From assembly GCA_964607515.1 (NCBI GenBank), contig CAZSKU010000003.1:72175-136174 (forward strand): a stretch of 64,000 nt of DNA, in the 5' to 3' direction. The notes below the pieces were generated by a model that was given only the letters and a program-made list of their open reading frames with translations, did no database searches and was not told the DNA's origin. This document shows, piece after piece, positions 1-8,473 of this stretch. Position 1 is the stretch's first letter. Every line of letters starts with the position of its first letter. The DNA comes from an uncultured bacterium. Its GTDB lineage: Bacteria > Fermentibacterota > Fermentibacteria > Fermentibacterales > JCC-6. The translations under genes and the position numbers were made by a program.

Positions 1-160
1 CCTATGGAAAGCCTGCCGCAGGTTTCCATGGCCTCTTCCATCCGTCGGGGGGAAGGTTCCGGCGCCATGGCGGCGGTTTCCATGAGCCCCCGGCCGGACA
101 GAAGCCGCCGGAGTTCACCCCGGTTCCATGAGCCCCTTAGTACCAGTCTGAGCAGGGCCC

Positions 161-1153
161 TCAGTTCCTGAGTTCCCTGACCATCTCCGCGAGACGTTTC
201 AGAAATGCCTCCACCCCCTTCCCGGTGGCGGAAGAAAGGGCCAGGACGCCTTCCGGAAGGGTATCGAGAACCCCATGCAATTCTTCTTCCAACAGGAGGT
301 CGCACTTAGACAGCACCGCAAGCCAGCGGGTGTCCTGAAACCCGCCGTACTCGAGAAGTTCAGCTTGAAGCGCCTCCAGCTGTTCCCGGGGGGACTTCTC
401 GAGGTCCGGCGCCAGAACGAAAACCAGCAGCCTGTTCCTCTCGGCATGCCTCAGAAACCTGAACCCCAGGCCGATTCCCCTGGCGGCTCCTGAGATGAGC
501 CCTGGAAGGTCAGCTATCACGAAGCTCTCACCGAAACCGGTCTTCACCACCCCCAGAGAGGGGTGCAGGGTGGTGAAAGGATAGTCGCCCACCTTGGGCC
601 TGGCGGAACTCACGGTGCGTACCAGTGTTGACTTGCCGGCGTTGGGAAAACCCACCAGACCGGCGTCCGCCATGAGCTTCAGTTCCAGGCGTATCTGGCG
701 TTCCTCCCCGGGTCTTCCCCTGGTGGCCTGCCTGGGGGTGCGGTTCCGGGAGGTGGCGAAGGAAGAGTTTCCCCTGCCCCGGGTTCCCCCCCGGACCGTA
801 AGAAACCGCTCCCCCGGCGCTGTCATGTCCGCCAGGAGTTCTCCGGTCCGGTGGTCGTACACCTGGGTTCCCGGGGGAATCCTCAGAACGAGGTCGCTTC
901 CGCCGGCTCCGGTGCAGTCCGAGGAGCCCCCGGGCCGTCCGTCCTCCGCCCGGAAAAGGCTCCCCCCGATGAAGTCCGCCAGGGTGGAGAGCTTCTGGTC
1001 AACCTGCAGAAAAACGCTTCCCCCGTCGCCTCCGTCGCCTCCGGACGGCCCCCCCTTGGGAACCATGGCCTCCCGCCGGAAGGCCACCATTCCGTCGCCG
1101 CCCTTGCCCGCCCGGACCAGGATGACGACTCTGTCGATGAAGCGGCCGTCCAC
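161..1153 (-). CDS. obg: GTPase Obg/CgtA
   Basis: Gly-rich Obg-fold N-domain (FIDRVVILVRAGKGGDGMVAFRRE...GGDGGDGG) then G-domain with GFPNAGKST (G1) and DLPG (G3); ORF is open to 1216 but the Obg N-terminus aligns to a GTG at 1151-1153. Confidence 0.85.
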   Translation of the reverse strand: MDGRFIDRVVILVRAGKGGDGMVAFRREAMVPKGGPSGGDGGDGGSVFLQVDQKLSTLADFIGGSLFRAEDGRPGGSSDCTGAGGSDLVLRIPPGTQVYDHRTGELLADMTAPGERFLTVRGGTRGRGNSSFATSRNRTPRQATRGRPGEERQIRLELKLMADAGLVGFPNAGKSTLVRTVSSARPKVGDYPFTTLHPSLGVVKTGFGESFVIADLPGLISGAARGIGLGFRFLRHAERNRLLVFVLAPDLEKSPREQLEALQAELLEYGGFQDTRWLAVLSKCDLLLEEELHGVLDTLPEGVLALSSATGKGVEAFLKRLAEMVRELRN

Positions 1154-1173
1154 GGCGATCCCGGCGGCGCGGC

Positions 1174-2742
1174 TTACTCGGAGTACCGCCGGACCCGGTC
1201 TATCTTCTCCTCGCACAATGTGATGGCGTTCCTTGCCGCCGCCACCATGTTCTGGGCCTGGGAGGCCCGATAACCGGTGACCTGGTTCAGGAAGCCGATT
1301 GCCGCGTTAAGATCGTTGATGGCCGCTTCCCAGGCGGGGATGTTGGCCTGGACAAGCTCCGAGACCTGGGCCTTGTTGACGCCGCTCTGGTAGTAGAAGG
1401 AGCCCACCATGTAGTTGGCGGTGGGATCCCCGGGGTAGGCGTTCTGAAGCCTGTTGAAAACCCCCTGCATCGCCGACCTCTGGCCGCTGTCGCGGTAGAC
1501 CGTGGCCAGGAGAAGGTATGCCTGCCGGTTGCCGGACGAACCGATGATACCCTCGAGCCTGTTCACCGCTGAGGAGGTGCGCCCTGCCTTCGCCTCAAGC
1601 TGCGCCACGTACAGGGCGGTCTGATCGTCGTAGCTGTTGTTCAGGACGATGACGGCGTTGTCCGCGGCCAAGCCGTATGCACCGGTCTCCTCCTGGGCCT
1701 TGGCCAGTCGCATCCTGATGTTGTCCCAGTCGGGCCGGACCTCCAGTATGGCCTCCATGTGAGGGATGGCGTGGACGTAGTCGCCGGTCTGGGCGTAGAG
1801 GAGCCCCAGAGCGTACCTGGCCTGGAGGTTCTGGGGATTGGCGGCCAGCGCCGACTCGAAGCTGGCCAGGGCCTGGTCAACCATACCCAGCCCGTTGAAG
1901 GCCGAGGCGAGCCCGGCGTAGGCCGAGGCGTTGTCGGGATCGGATTCTATGGCCTGTTCGAAGAAGGTCTTGGCGGTCTCGTACTGCTGACGTCGAAGGG
2001 CGATTTCACCCAGACCCGCCAGGGCGTCGGAGTTGCCGGGCTGCTCCGCGAGTATGCCGTTGAAAAGGGTCTCCGCCTGGGGAAGGGAGTCAACCGCGGT
2101 CATCATGTAGATCCCGGCCAGGGCAAGCCTGGCCTCGGTGTGTGCCGGAACCACGTCCAGCACCTGTCTGTACGTCATGATGGCCATGGGCCAGTTCTCA
2201 ACGCTGGCGTGGTAACGGGCCATGTTGAAGGTTTCCTCCACCCTGCCGCCGATCTGCTCACCGATGGCGTCCACCATGGCAGCCGCCAGTTCCTGCACCG
2301 GCCCGGTGTTCTTGGGCACCATGCTGGGAGCCGGGCTTATGGTGTTGCCGCTGGAGACAACCATGATGTTCCAGATGACCTGGTACTCGGTTCCCCCGGT
2401 GGGGGCCACGAACCCGAAGATCATCAGGTCTGCCCCCAGAGCATTGCCCGCCAGGGGAATGAACTCCGGGGGAACACCGTAACGGAAACCCGAGGGATCG
2501 AAACCGGCGTCCTCGAAGGCCCGGTTCAGGTCCCTGGCGGCCACTACGTTGTATTCCGAGTGTTCCTCCAGGGTAGAGCGGAGGAAGTCCTGAAGCTTCT
2601 CGCTGATCCATCTGGAATTGTCGTCGCTGCTTCCGAAGGGGATCACTCCCACGGTCGTTGAGCCGCCGGTTCCACTGGCAACCGCCGTGGAACAGGCCGT
2701 CACGAAGATGAAGAAGAAAAGCGCCGCGGTCAGCCTGGTCAT
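1174..2742 (-). CDS. TPR-repeat lipoprotein
   Basis: Lipoprotein signal MTRLTAALFFFIFVTACS, then many TPR-like helical repeats (AxxxLGxxYxxxGxYxxA pattern); the ORF-track N-terminal extension to 3156 is Arg/Pro-rich junk; start ATG 2740-2742 overlaps pgeF stop (ATGA). Confidence 0.7.
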   Translation of the reverse strand: MTRLTAALFFFIFVTACSTAVASGTGGSTTVGVIPFGSSDDNSRWISEKLQDFLRSTLEEHSEYNVVAARDLNRAFEDAGFDPSGFRYGVPPEFIPLAGNALGADLMIFGFVAPTGGTEYQVIWNIMVVSSGNTISPAPSMVPKNTGPVQELAAAMVDAIGEQIGGRVEETFNMARYHASVENWPMAIMTYRQVLDVVPAHTEARLALAGIYMMTAVDSLPQAETLFNGILAEQPGNSDALAGLGEIALRRQQYETAKTFFEQAIESDPDNASAYAGLASAFNGLGMVDQALASFESALAANPQNLQARYALGLLYAQTGDYVHAIPHMEAILEVRPDWDNIRMRLAKAQEETGAYGLAADNAVIVLNNSYDDQTALYVAQLEAKAGRTSSAVNRLEGIIGSSGNRQAYLLLATVYRDSGQRSAMQGVFNRLQNAYPGDPTANYMVGSFYYQSGVNKAQVSELVQANIPAWEAAINDLNAAIGFLNQVTGYRASQAQNMVAAARNAITLCEEKIDRVRRYSE

Positions 2743-3386
2743 GACTGCATCCTTCCTGGGTTTTCGTAAGGGTCGGCTGTAATGGCTTTGAACTGAAAAA
2801 TATCGTGCCTCATTCCATCCGGCGCAAGCCAGACACGGTTCCTTAGGAGGGTCCCGTTGCGTCTGTGGCTGTGGAATCCGGGGTCGCAGAGGGTGCACAG
2901 GTCCAGGGTGAACAACCGGGTCTCCGGGTGCACCTTGGACGCCGCTTCCAGCTTCAGGTCTAACCCGCCCCGGGGGTGCCCCTGCCGGGAGGCGAGCCTT
3001 CGAACCTCCTCCCCCACGCGGTAGCAGCCGGGGCAGATGCACGGCCCCAGAACCACCGCCCCGGGCGGGCCGCCTCCTGCGGCCAGAAGGGACTCGACGA
3101 CCCCCCGGACAAGACCCCGCCATCCTGCATGGGCGCACCCGACCCTGTCGGACCATACCGCGAAAACCGGAAGACAGTCCGCGGTGAGAACCCCGGGGAA
3201 CCTCCTTCCATCCGCCGGAAGAACCATTCCGTCACCTTCGGAAAGGGCTTCCGGGGAATCCAGCACCCGGTTGCCGTGCACCTGGCTCAGGAACACCGCG
3301 CCGCCCGGAATCTCCCCGGACCGAGCGGACACTCCTCCGACGAACACCGTCCAACCTGTCCCCGGCACCCGGGCTCCAATAATCAT
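2739..3386 (-). CDS. pgeF: peptidoglycan editing factor PgeF / YfiH (laccase-domain, DUF152) family
   Basis: Motifs GGVS...QVHGNRV...ADCLPV...HAGWRG typical of YfiH/PgeF; only the C-terminal 215 aa of ORF 2739..4376 are protein-like; start ATG at 3384-3386 overlaps dinG stop as ATGA. Confidence 0.7.
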   Translation of the reverse strand: MIIGARVPGTGWTVFVGGVSARSGEIPGGAVFLSQVHGNRVLDSPEALSEGDGMVLPADGRRFPGVLTADCLPVFAVWSDRVGCAHAGWRGLVRGVVESLLAAGGGPPGAVVLGPCICPGCYRVGEEVRRLASRQGHPRGGLDLKLEAASKVHPETRLFTLDLCTLCDPGFHSHRRNGTLLRNRVWLAPDGMRHDIFQFKAITADPYENPGRMQS

Positions 3387-5260
3387 CCCTTCGCCTCCAT
3401 GCCTGATACACCCGCACGGGCCGCGTGTTCCTCGGCGAAGGCGAAGGCGCCGCTCAATCCTGTCCTGCGGAACGGTGGAAGACTCTGCTGGAGAATCTTT
3501 CCGTAGCCAGATTCCAGCTTGCCGTCCAGAATGATCAGCACTCCGTGGTCCGAGGAGGACCTGATAAGCCTTCCCGCTCCCTGTCGAAGCCTGATCGCCG
3601 CCATCGGAAGCATCAGGGAGGTGAAGGAACTCTGGCCCCTGGCCTCCAGGTAATTCATCCTGGCCCTCATCAGGGGATGGCCCGGGGATGGGAAGGGTAT
3701 CCTGTCTATCACCAGCCCCTGGAGAAGGTCGCCGGCCAGGTCTATCCCCTCCCAGAAGCTCCCTGTCCCCAGTATCACCGCCTCGGGGTTCTCCCGGAAG
3801 CTGTCCAGGATGGCGCTTCGTGACATCGTTCCCTGGGCCATCACCCTGATTCCCGGCACCGGCCTGCTTAGAGCAGCGGCCAGGGCCAGTTCCAGGTTCC
3901 TGTAGCTTGTGAACAGGGCCATGGTCCTGCCTCTGTATATGGAGGCCAGCCTGGAAGCCACCTTCCACGCGTACTCGGAAAGGGCCTTGTGGTCGTCCCT
4001 GGGGGGAAGATCCTCGGGAATGGCAAGGACCGCCTGGGATGGGTAGTCGAAGGGGCTCGGGAAAATCTCCTGCATGGTTTCCGGCGGCACTCCCAGCCTT
4101 TCGGAATAGTAGTCGAAATTCCCTGCAACTGAGAGCGTGGCGCTGGTGAGTACCGAACCGGGAAACGAACCCCACACCAGAGCGGAAAGGACCCCGCCCG
4201 GCTCGAGGGGAACGCCCCGGAGTATCTGGTGCCTGCCAGTCTTCTCCGTGAAGACGCACCAGTCCGACCCTTCCATCTCCGCCATACGTCGGGCCGCCTG
4301 GGCGATGGTCAGGGCGGCCTGGGCGCCTCCGGCGGTGTCCTCCCGGCCGGAGAGGCTTTCGCCCAGAGCCGAGCATATATTCATCAGGCCGTCGAACTCC
4401 TGCAGCATCGCCGCCAAAGGGTACTCCTCAAGGCCGGCGCCCGCCCCGGTGATTGTCTCGATGATGGAGGCGGCTGTCCTGACCCGGGCCAGGAGCTCCT
4501 CCTTCCTCTCGTGTGGCAGAGAGCTTCCCGCCACGGCGTCTATCACCGGGTCAAGCATGGGCTGGGAGAGGGTGTCGCCCAGACACTGACCCGCCGCCTC
4601 GGGAAGCTGGTGGGCCTCGTCCACCACCAGGAGTCCCGCCTCGGGCACCAGGTCCCCGGCGGCAAGGCCGCAGAGAAGGAGGTGATGGTTCACCACCAGC
4701 ACCGAGGCCTTCCTGGCCTCGCTCCTGGCCCGGAAATAGAAGCACTCCTGGAACATCGGGCACATCGTTCCCAGACAGTCCAGCACGTCTCCGGCCATCC
4801 GGGGTCTCAGATCCGGGGGGATCTCCAAGGGCGCGCCCCCGAGATCTCCGTCGGGGGTGTCCCGGGCCCACGTCCGGAACCACTCCGGCACCCTTTCTCC
4901 GGGCAGGGCCGTCTTCCTTCTGCAGAGGTAGTTCCCTCTGCCCTTCAGCAACGCCGCCTCCACACTGACGCCGGCGATTTCAGCCGCAGCCGGTATGTCC
5001 TTCTCCAGAAGCTGGTCCTGCAGGGCGATGGTGGCGGTGGAAACGACGCATTTCCTACCGGACATCACCGCCGGGACCAGGTATGCAAGGCTCTTGCCCA
5101 CCCCGGTGCCCGCCTCGAGCATGGCGACTCCGCCCCATTCGGCTATCGAAGCCACCCTGGCGGCCATCTCCACCTGGGAAATCCTCCGGACGTACCCGGG
5201 AAGCGCCCGGATCACTCCGGGTCCTTCGAAGGCATCCAGAACGCTTTCGGAAAGGTTCAA
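3383..5260 (-). CDS. dinG: DinG-family ATP-dependent DNA helicase
   Basis: Walker A LEAGTGVGKSLAYLVP, DEAH-box VVDEAHQL, Rad3/DinG-like architecture, 625 aa. Confidence 0.8.
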   Translation of the reverse strand: MNLSESVLDAFEGPGVIRALPGYVRRISQVEMAARVASIAEWGGVAMLEAGTGVGKSLAYLVPAVMSGRKCVVSTATIALQDQLLEKDIPAAAEIAGVSVEAALLKGRGNYLCRRKTALPGERVPEWFRTWARDTPDGDLGGAPLEIPPDLRPRMAGDVLDCLGTMCPMFQECFYFRARSEARKASVLVVNHHLLLCGLAAGDLVPEAGLLVVDEAHQLPEAAGQCLGDTLSQPMLDPVIDAVAGSSLPHERKEELLARVRTAASIIETITGAGAGLEEYPLAAMLQEFDGLMNICSALGESLSGREDTAGGAQAALTIAQAARRMAEMEGSDWCVFTEKTGRHQILRGVPLEPGGVLSALVWGSFPGSVLTSATLSVAGNFDYYSERLGVPPETMQEIFPSPFDYPSQAVLAIPEDLPPRDDHKALSEYAWKVASRLASIYRGRTMALFTSYRNLELALAAALSRPVPGIRVMAQGTMSRSAILDSFRENPEAVILGTGSFWEGIDLAGDLLQGLVIDRIPFPSPGHPLMRARMNYLEARGQSSFTSLMLPMAAIRLRQGAGRLIRSSSDHGVLIILDGKLESGYGKILQQSLPPFRRTGLSGAFAFAEEHAARAGVSGMEAKG

Positions 5261-6942
5261 GGAGCCGCTCCGGCCGCGGGACGCAGGTCCAGCAGGTGAA
5301 GCTGCACCGCGTCTCCTCCCCGGTAGGAATCCTCCCGGAGCATGAATGCCAGGTCCACGAGACGCTCGAATTCCGAAGACCGCTCGACCATGTGGAAGCC
5401 GATGGCGTTCCTGGCCTCCCCGTCCACCATCAGGGTCATCTTCAGATGCCTGCCCCGGCCCACCACGTCCCGGGCGACCGCGTAGACGTTCCTGGCTATC
5501 CAGACCGGCTCGGGATTACCCGGGCCGAAGGGCTCCATCATGGCGATGCCCCTCAGGGTCTCGGCGCTGCACTCGGTTCCCAGCAGCCTGCCGTCTATCT
5601 GCAGCAGCGGTCTGGAAGCCTCCCGGCCGTTCTCAGGAGCCGTCCTGTGCTCCATGAACTCCCTGAAGGGCTCCAGTTTTTCCCGTTCCATGGAGAGTCC
5701 CGCGGCCACGCTGTGCCCCCCGCATCGGGTCAGAAGCCCTCTTTCCAGGGCCTCCTGAAGGATGTCGTGGATTGGGACGCTGTCAGGCGACCTGGCGCTG
5801 CCCCGCCCGTGGCCGTCCCGGCGGAAGGACACCAGCACCACGGGAACCGCGAGCTCCTCCACCAGTCTGCTGGCTGCGATTCCCAGAACCCCCGGGTGCC
5901 ATGAATCGCTTCCCAGAACCACGCAGGAGCCTTCTCCCGCCCGGCTCCTGGCATCGCCGAAGACGCCGGCGTCCAGCTCCCTTCTCAAGGAGTTGCACTC
6001 CTCCAGCCGGTCCGCCAGTTCGGATGCCTCCCGGGGATCTTCGGTGAGCAGAAGCCGCACCGCAAGGTCCGCGTGGCTGACTCTTCCGGCGGAGTTCAGC
6101 CTCGGGCCGATGACGTAGGACAGGTCCCTGGCCCGGACCGCCTCCCGGGATACTCCGGCCCTCTTCATCAGCGCCGCGACCCCGGTCGAGGGGGCGTTCC
6201 TGAGCACCGAGAGCCCCCGGTTCATGAGTATCCTGTTGTCCCCCAACAGGTCCACTACGTCGCAGGCGGTTCCTATGGCGCACAGGTCCGGCTCCAGTTC
6301 CGGGATGGCGCCGCGGCCGAGCTTTTCGGCGGCCCCCCGAAGGACCATCAGAACCACCCCGGCCCCGGAGAGACGCCTCCATGGGGCGCCGTCCTCTCCA
6401 TCAACCTCAGGGTCCACCACCGCCTCGGCGTTCGGAAGCGACGGCCCGGGAAGGTGATGATCGGTGACCACCACTGCGATCCCCCCCCGGCGGAGACGAT
6501 CCACCGGTTCTACCGCGCCGATGCCGCAGTCCACGGTGAGGAACAGGCCGTACCCCTCGGAGAGGGCCTTCTCCGTTCCGGCGTCACCGATGCCGTAACC
6601 CTCGTTGAATCTGCAGGGAATGTGCCAGTCGGCCGGGGTCCCCAGGGCCCGGAGCACCCTCACCGCAGTGGCGGCCGCGGTTATCCCGTCGGCGTCGAAA
6701 TCGCCGTGGACCAGCACTTTGTCGCCCCGGCGCACCGCCCCTGCCAGAACCTCCGCCGCCCGGTCGGCCCCCGGAAGACTTCCCCATGGAGAGAGTTTGT
6801 CCCATTCCGGGGAGAGGAACGACGCCGCGGACCCCGGCGAGAATCCCCGCCTGGCCAGCACCGCCGCCACCGGGGCCGGAACCCCTGCTATCCCCGTGGA
6901 TTCGGTATCCACAGATGATCTGGGAACCCACCTGTATTTCAA
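5257..6942 (-). CDS. recJ: single-stranded-DNA-specific exonuclease RecJ
   Basis: DHH motifs (VHGDFDADGITA, VVTDHHLPG) and DHHA1 C-domain; aligns along its length with E. coli RecJ. Confidence 0.9.
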   Translation of the reverse strand: MKYRWVPRSSVDTESTGIAGVPAPVAAVLARRGFSPGSAASFLSPEWDKLSPWGSLPGADRAAEVLAGAVRRGDKVLVHGDFDADGITAAATAVRVLRALGTPADWHIPCRFNEGYGIGDAGTEKALSEGYGLFLTVDCGIGAVEPVDRLRRGGIAVVVTDHHLPGPSLPNAEAVVDPEVDGEDGAPWRRLSGAGVVLMVLRGAAEKLGRGAIPELEPDLCAIGTACDVVDLLGDNRILMNRGLSVLRNAPSTGVAALMKRAGVSREAVRARDLSYVIGPRLNSAGRVSHADLAVRLLLTEDPREASELADRLEECNSLRRELDAGVFGDARSRAGEGSCVVLGSDSWHPGVLGIAASRLVEELAVPVVLVSFRRDGHGRGSARSPDSVPIHDILQEALERGLLTRCGGHSVAAGLSMEREKLEPFREFMEHRTAPENGREASRPLLQIDGRLLGTECSAETLRGIAMMEPFGPGNPEPVWIARNVYAVARDVVGRGRHLKMTLMVDGEARNAIGFHMVERSSEFERLVDLAFMLREDSYRGGDAVQLHLLDLRPAAGAAP

Positions 6943-6954
6943 AAAAACCTCACG

Positions 6955-7251
6955 GTGTCCGGGCCGGGCTGTAAGCCGGGTTCTGTACCGCTTTCGCGGC
7001 GGCGGCCATCCGTCTTAGCGACCAACCCGGAGGTCCAGGAGGACGGGCCGCCCTCCAGCCCTTGCGGGCTTCCCTCGCTATTTGGCCTTGCACCGGACGG
7101 GGTTTGCCCCTTTTCACCCTCCCCTCGGGGAGTCATCGTCTCTGTGGCACTTTCCGCGCGTTGCCGCGCCGGGGGGTTTCCCCCCGCGTCCCGCCCTGCG
7201 GAGCCCGGACTTTCCTCTCCCGTTGAGGGAGCGACCGCCCGCCCGGCCCGG
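6955..7251 (-). ncRNA. rnpB: RNase P RNA (bacterial type A, compact)
   Basis: Minus-strand transcript contains GAGGAAAGUCCGGGCUCC (P4 5' strand), GCAAGGCCAAAUAG, and ACAGAACCCGGCUUACAG (P4 3' strand); 5' GUCCGGGCCGGGC pairs with 3' GCCCGGCCCGGAC as P1; about 297 nt. Confidence 0.8.
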
Positions 7252-7267
7252 ACAGTTCTATTCTAAC

Positions 7268-7993
7268 TCACCTGCCCCCGGACAGGGAGCTGTCCTCGGT
7301 CCATACCACGTACGATCCGCACATCGGACAGAGGAAGGTCCCGCCGCTCTTTATCTCCACGCCGTTCTGGGTCGGGACGTTGGTCAGGCAGCCTCCGCAG
7401 GCACCGGACTTGAGCCCCACCACTATCTCGGGCCTGCCGGACTGTCTGGCCTGCTGATATTTCCTGTAATACCTCACGTCTATGGACGAGACCATGGCCT
7501 CCCGCTCAGCCTCCAGAGTCGAAAGCTCGGATTCCAGCTGCCCGGTCTTCTCCCCGAGCATCCCCCTCCTGGCTTCGTAGCGTTTCTCGTAGCGCTCCAG
7601 CTCCCGCCTGGCCTTATCCACCTCGGCCATGGCCTCCTCCTCGGCCTCCATGGATTCCAGGAGCGCCGTGTCCATGTCGTCCACCTTGCCCAGGGCGTAG
7701 TCAATCTGTTTCAGCATCGCCCGGTACTCGTCGTTGGTCTTTATGCTCAGAAGCCTGGTGCGGTACTCCGCAACCTTGGCTCTGAGATCCTGCTGTTCCG
7801 ATTTTAGGACGGCCTGCCTGGCCCGGCTGGATTCCACCGCCTCCTCGAAACCCTTGAACCGGAGCCTGTGCTCCTCTATCTCCCTCTGGTGAATCTGGAG
7901 CTCCCTGGGTATGGCCTCCAGATCGGCCTTCACCCGGTCGAGTCTCCTGTCGGTTTCCTGCAGGAGCAGGAGCCTCTTGATGGGTTCCTCCAT
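7268..7993 (-). CDS. C4-type zinc-ribbon domain protein (COG1579/DUF164-like coiled coil)
   Basis: Long charged coiled-coil region followed by C-terminal CGGC...CPMCG zinc ribbon. Confidence 0.65.
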   Translation of the reverse strand: MEEPIKRLLLLQETDRRLDRVKADLEAIPRELQIHQREIEEHRLRFKGFEEAVESSRARQAVLKSEQQDLRAKVAEYRTRLLSIKTNDEYRAMLKQIDYALGKVDDMDTALLESMEAEEEAMAEVDKARRELERYEKRYEARRGMLGEKTGQLESELSTLEAEREAMVSSIDVRYYRKYQQARQSGRPEIVVGLKSGACGGCLTNVPTQNGVEIKSGGTFLCPMCGSYVVWTEDSSLSGGR

Positions 7994-8019
7994 CTCACCG
8001 TCCTTCCGCTAAAAGAGAA

Positions 8020-8041
8020 GGGGGCACCCGAAGGTGCCCCC
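8020..8041. repeat. GC hairpin GGGGGCACC-CGAA-GGTGCCCCC (family copy 1)
   Basis: Perfect inverted repeat; near-identical copies at 8064-8084 and 8424-8451. Confidence 0.7.
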
Positions 8042-8063
8042 GCCGGGCCGTATTAAAAAGAAA

Positions 8064-8084
8064 GGGGCACCCGAGGGTGCCCCC
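8064..8084 (-). terminator. Intrinsic terminator of the minus-strand tRNA-Met/tRNA-Val unit (hairpin family copy 2)
   Basis: GGGGCACCCGAGGGTGCCCC hairpin followed on the minus strand by UUUCUUUUUAAUA. Confidence 0.65.
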
Positions 8085-8095
8085 TGCAGGGCTGG

Positions 8096-8168
8096 TGGGC
8101 GGGACAGGGCTCGAACCTGCGACCCCAAACGTGTGAAGCTTGTGCTCTACCAACTGAGCTACCCGCCC
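8096..8168 (-). tRNA. tRNA-Val (anticodon CAC)
   Basis: Minus-strand RNA GGGCGGGUAGCUCAGUUGGUAGAGC...CAAGC-UUCACAC-GUUUG...GGUUCGAGCCCUGUCCCGCCCA; cloverleaf folds with a 7-bp acceptor stem. Confidence 0.85.
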
Positions 8169-8179
8169 TTCGTCACCAT

Positions 8180-8256
8180 TGGTGGGCCCACCTGGACTCG
8201 AACCAGGGACCAGCCGGTTATGAGCCGGCGGCTCTAGCCAACTGAGCTATGGGCCC
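8180..8256 (-). tRNA. tRNA-Met (anticodon CAU; elongator type, or tRNA-Ile2 with lysidine)
   Basis: GGGCCCAUAGCUCAGUUGGCUAGAGC-C-GCCGG-CUCAUAA-CCGGC...GGUUCGAGUCCAGG-UGGGCCC-A-CCA; G1:C72 pair and no G29-G31 run, so not the initiator; CCA encoded. Confidence 0.8.
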
Positions 8257-8337
8257 GTAGGAAGGCAAATCTATCCGCGGAACCCCTTCCCGTCAAGTTG
8301 CGCGGGGTCTCCGGCCGGGTTAGATTCCCCCGGCGAA

Positions 8338-8423
8338 GCCGGAGTGGCGGAACGGCATACGCGGTGGACTCAAAATCCATTGTCCGCAAGGGCATGAGGG
8401 TTCAAATCCCTCCTCCGGTACCA
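8338..8423 (+). tRNA. tRNA-Leu (anticodon CAA), type II with long variable arm
   Basis: GCCGGAG...GUGGA-CUCAAAA-UCCAU-long variable arm-AGGGUUCAAAUCCCU-CUCCGGU-A-CCA; divergent from the minus-strand tRNA pair. Confidence 0.85.
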
Positions 8424-8451
8424 GGACGGGGCACCGAAGGGTGCCCCGTCC
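8424..8451 (+). terminator. GC hairpin immediately 3' of tRNA-Leu (hairpin family copy 3)
   Basis: GGACGGGGCACC-GAAG-GGTGCCCCGTCC perfect stem; no obvious U-tract follows. Confidence 0.5.
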
Positions 8452-8473
8452 TCGACAATCAGAGCGGTTGGAA

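Noticed and set aside
2739-4376. 545-aa minus-strand ORF spanning pgeF and most of dinG in another frame
   Set aside because: Only the C-terminal 215 aa resemble a protein (PgeF). The remainder is Arg/Pro/Gly-rich and lies over the well-supported dinG frame.
8014-8090. Mini-CRISPR (two identical palindromic repeats separated by about 22 nt)
   Set aside because: There are only two tandem copies, the spacer-equivalent is much shorter than a CRISPR spacer, the repeats are fully self-complementary with a U-tract (terminator-like), there are no cas genes, and a third copy sits on the other side of the tRNA cluster.
8180-8256. Initiator tRNA-fMet
   Set aside because: It has a G1:C72 Watson-Crick pair and lacks the three consecutive G:C pairs at the base of the anticodon stem (stem is GCCGG/CCGGC). 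This is an elongator Met or Ile2-type CAU tRNA.
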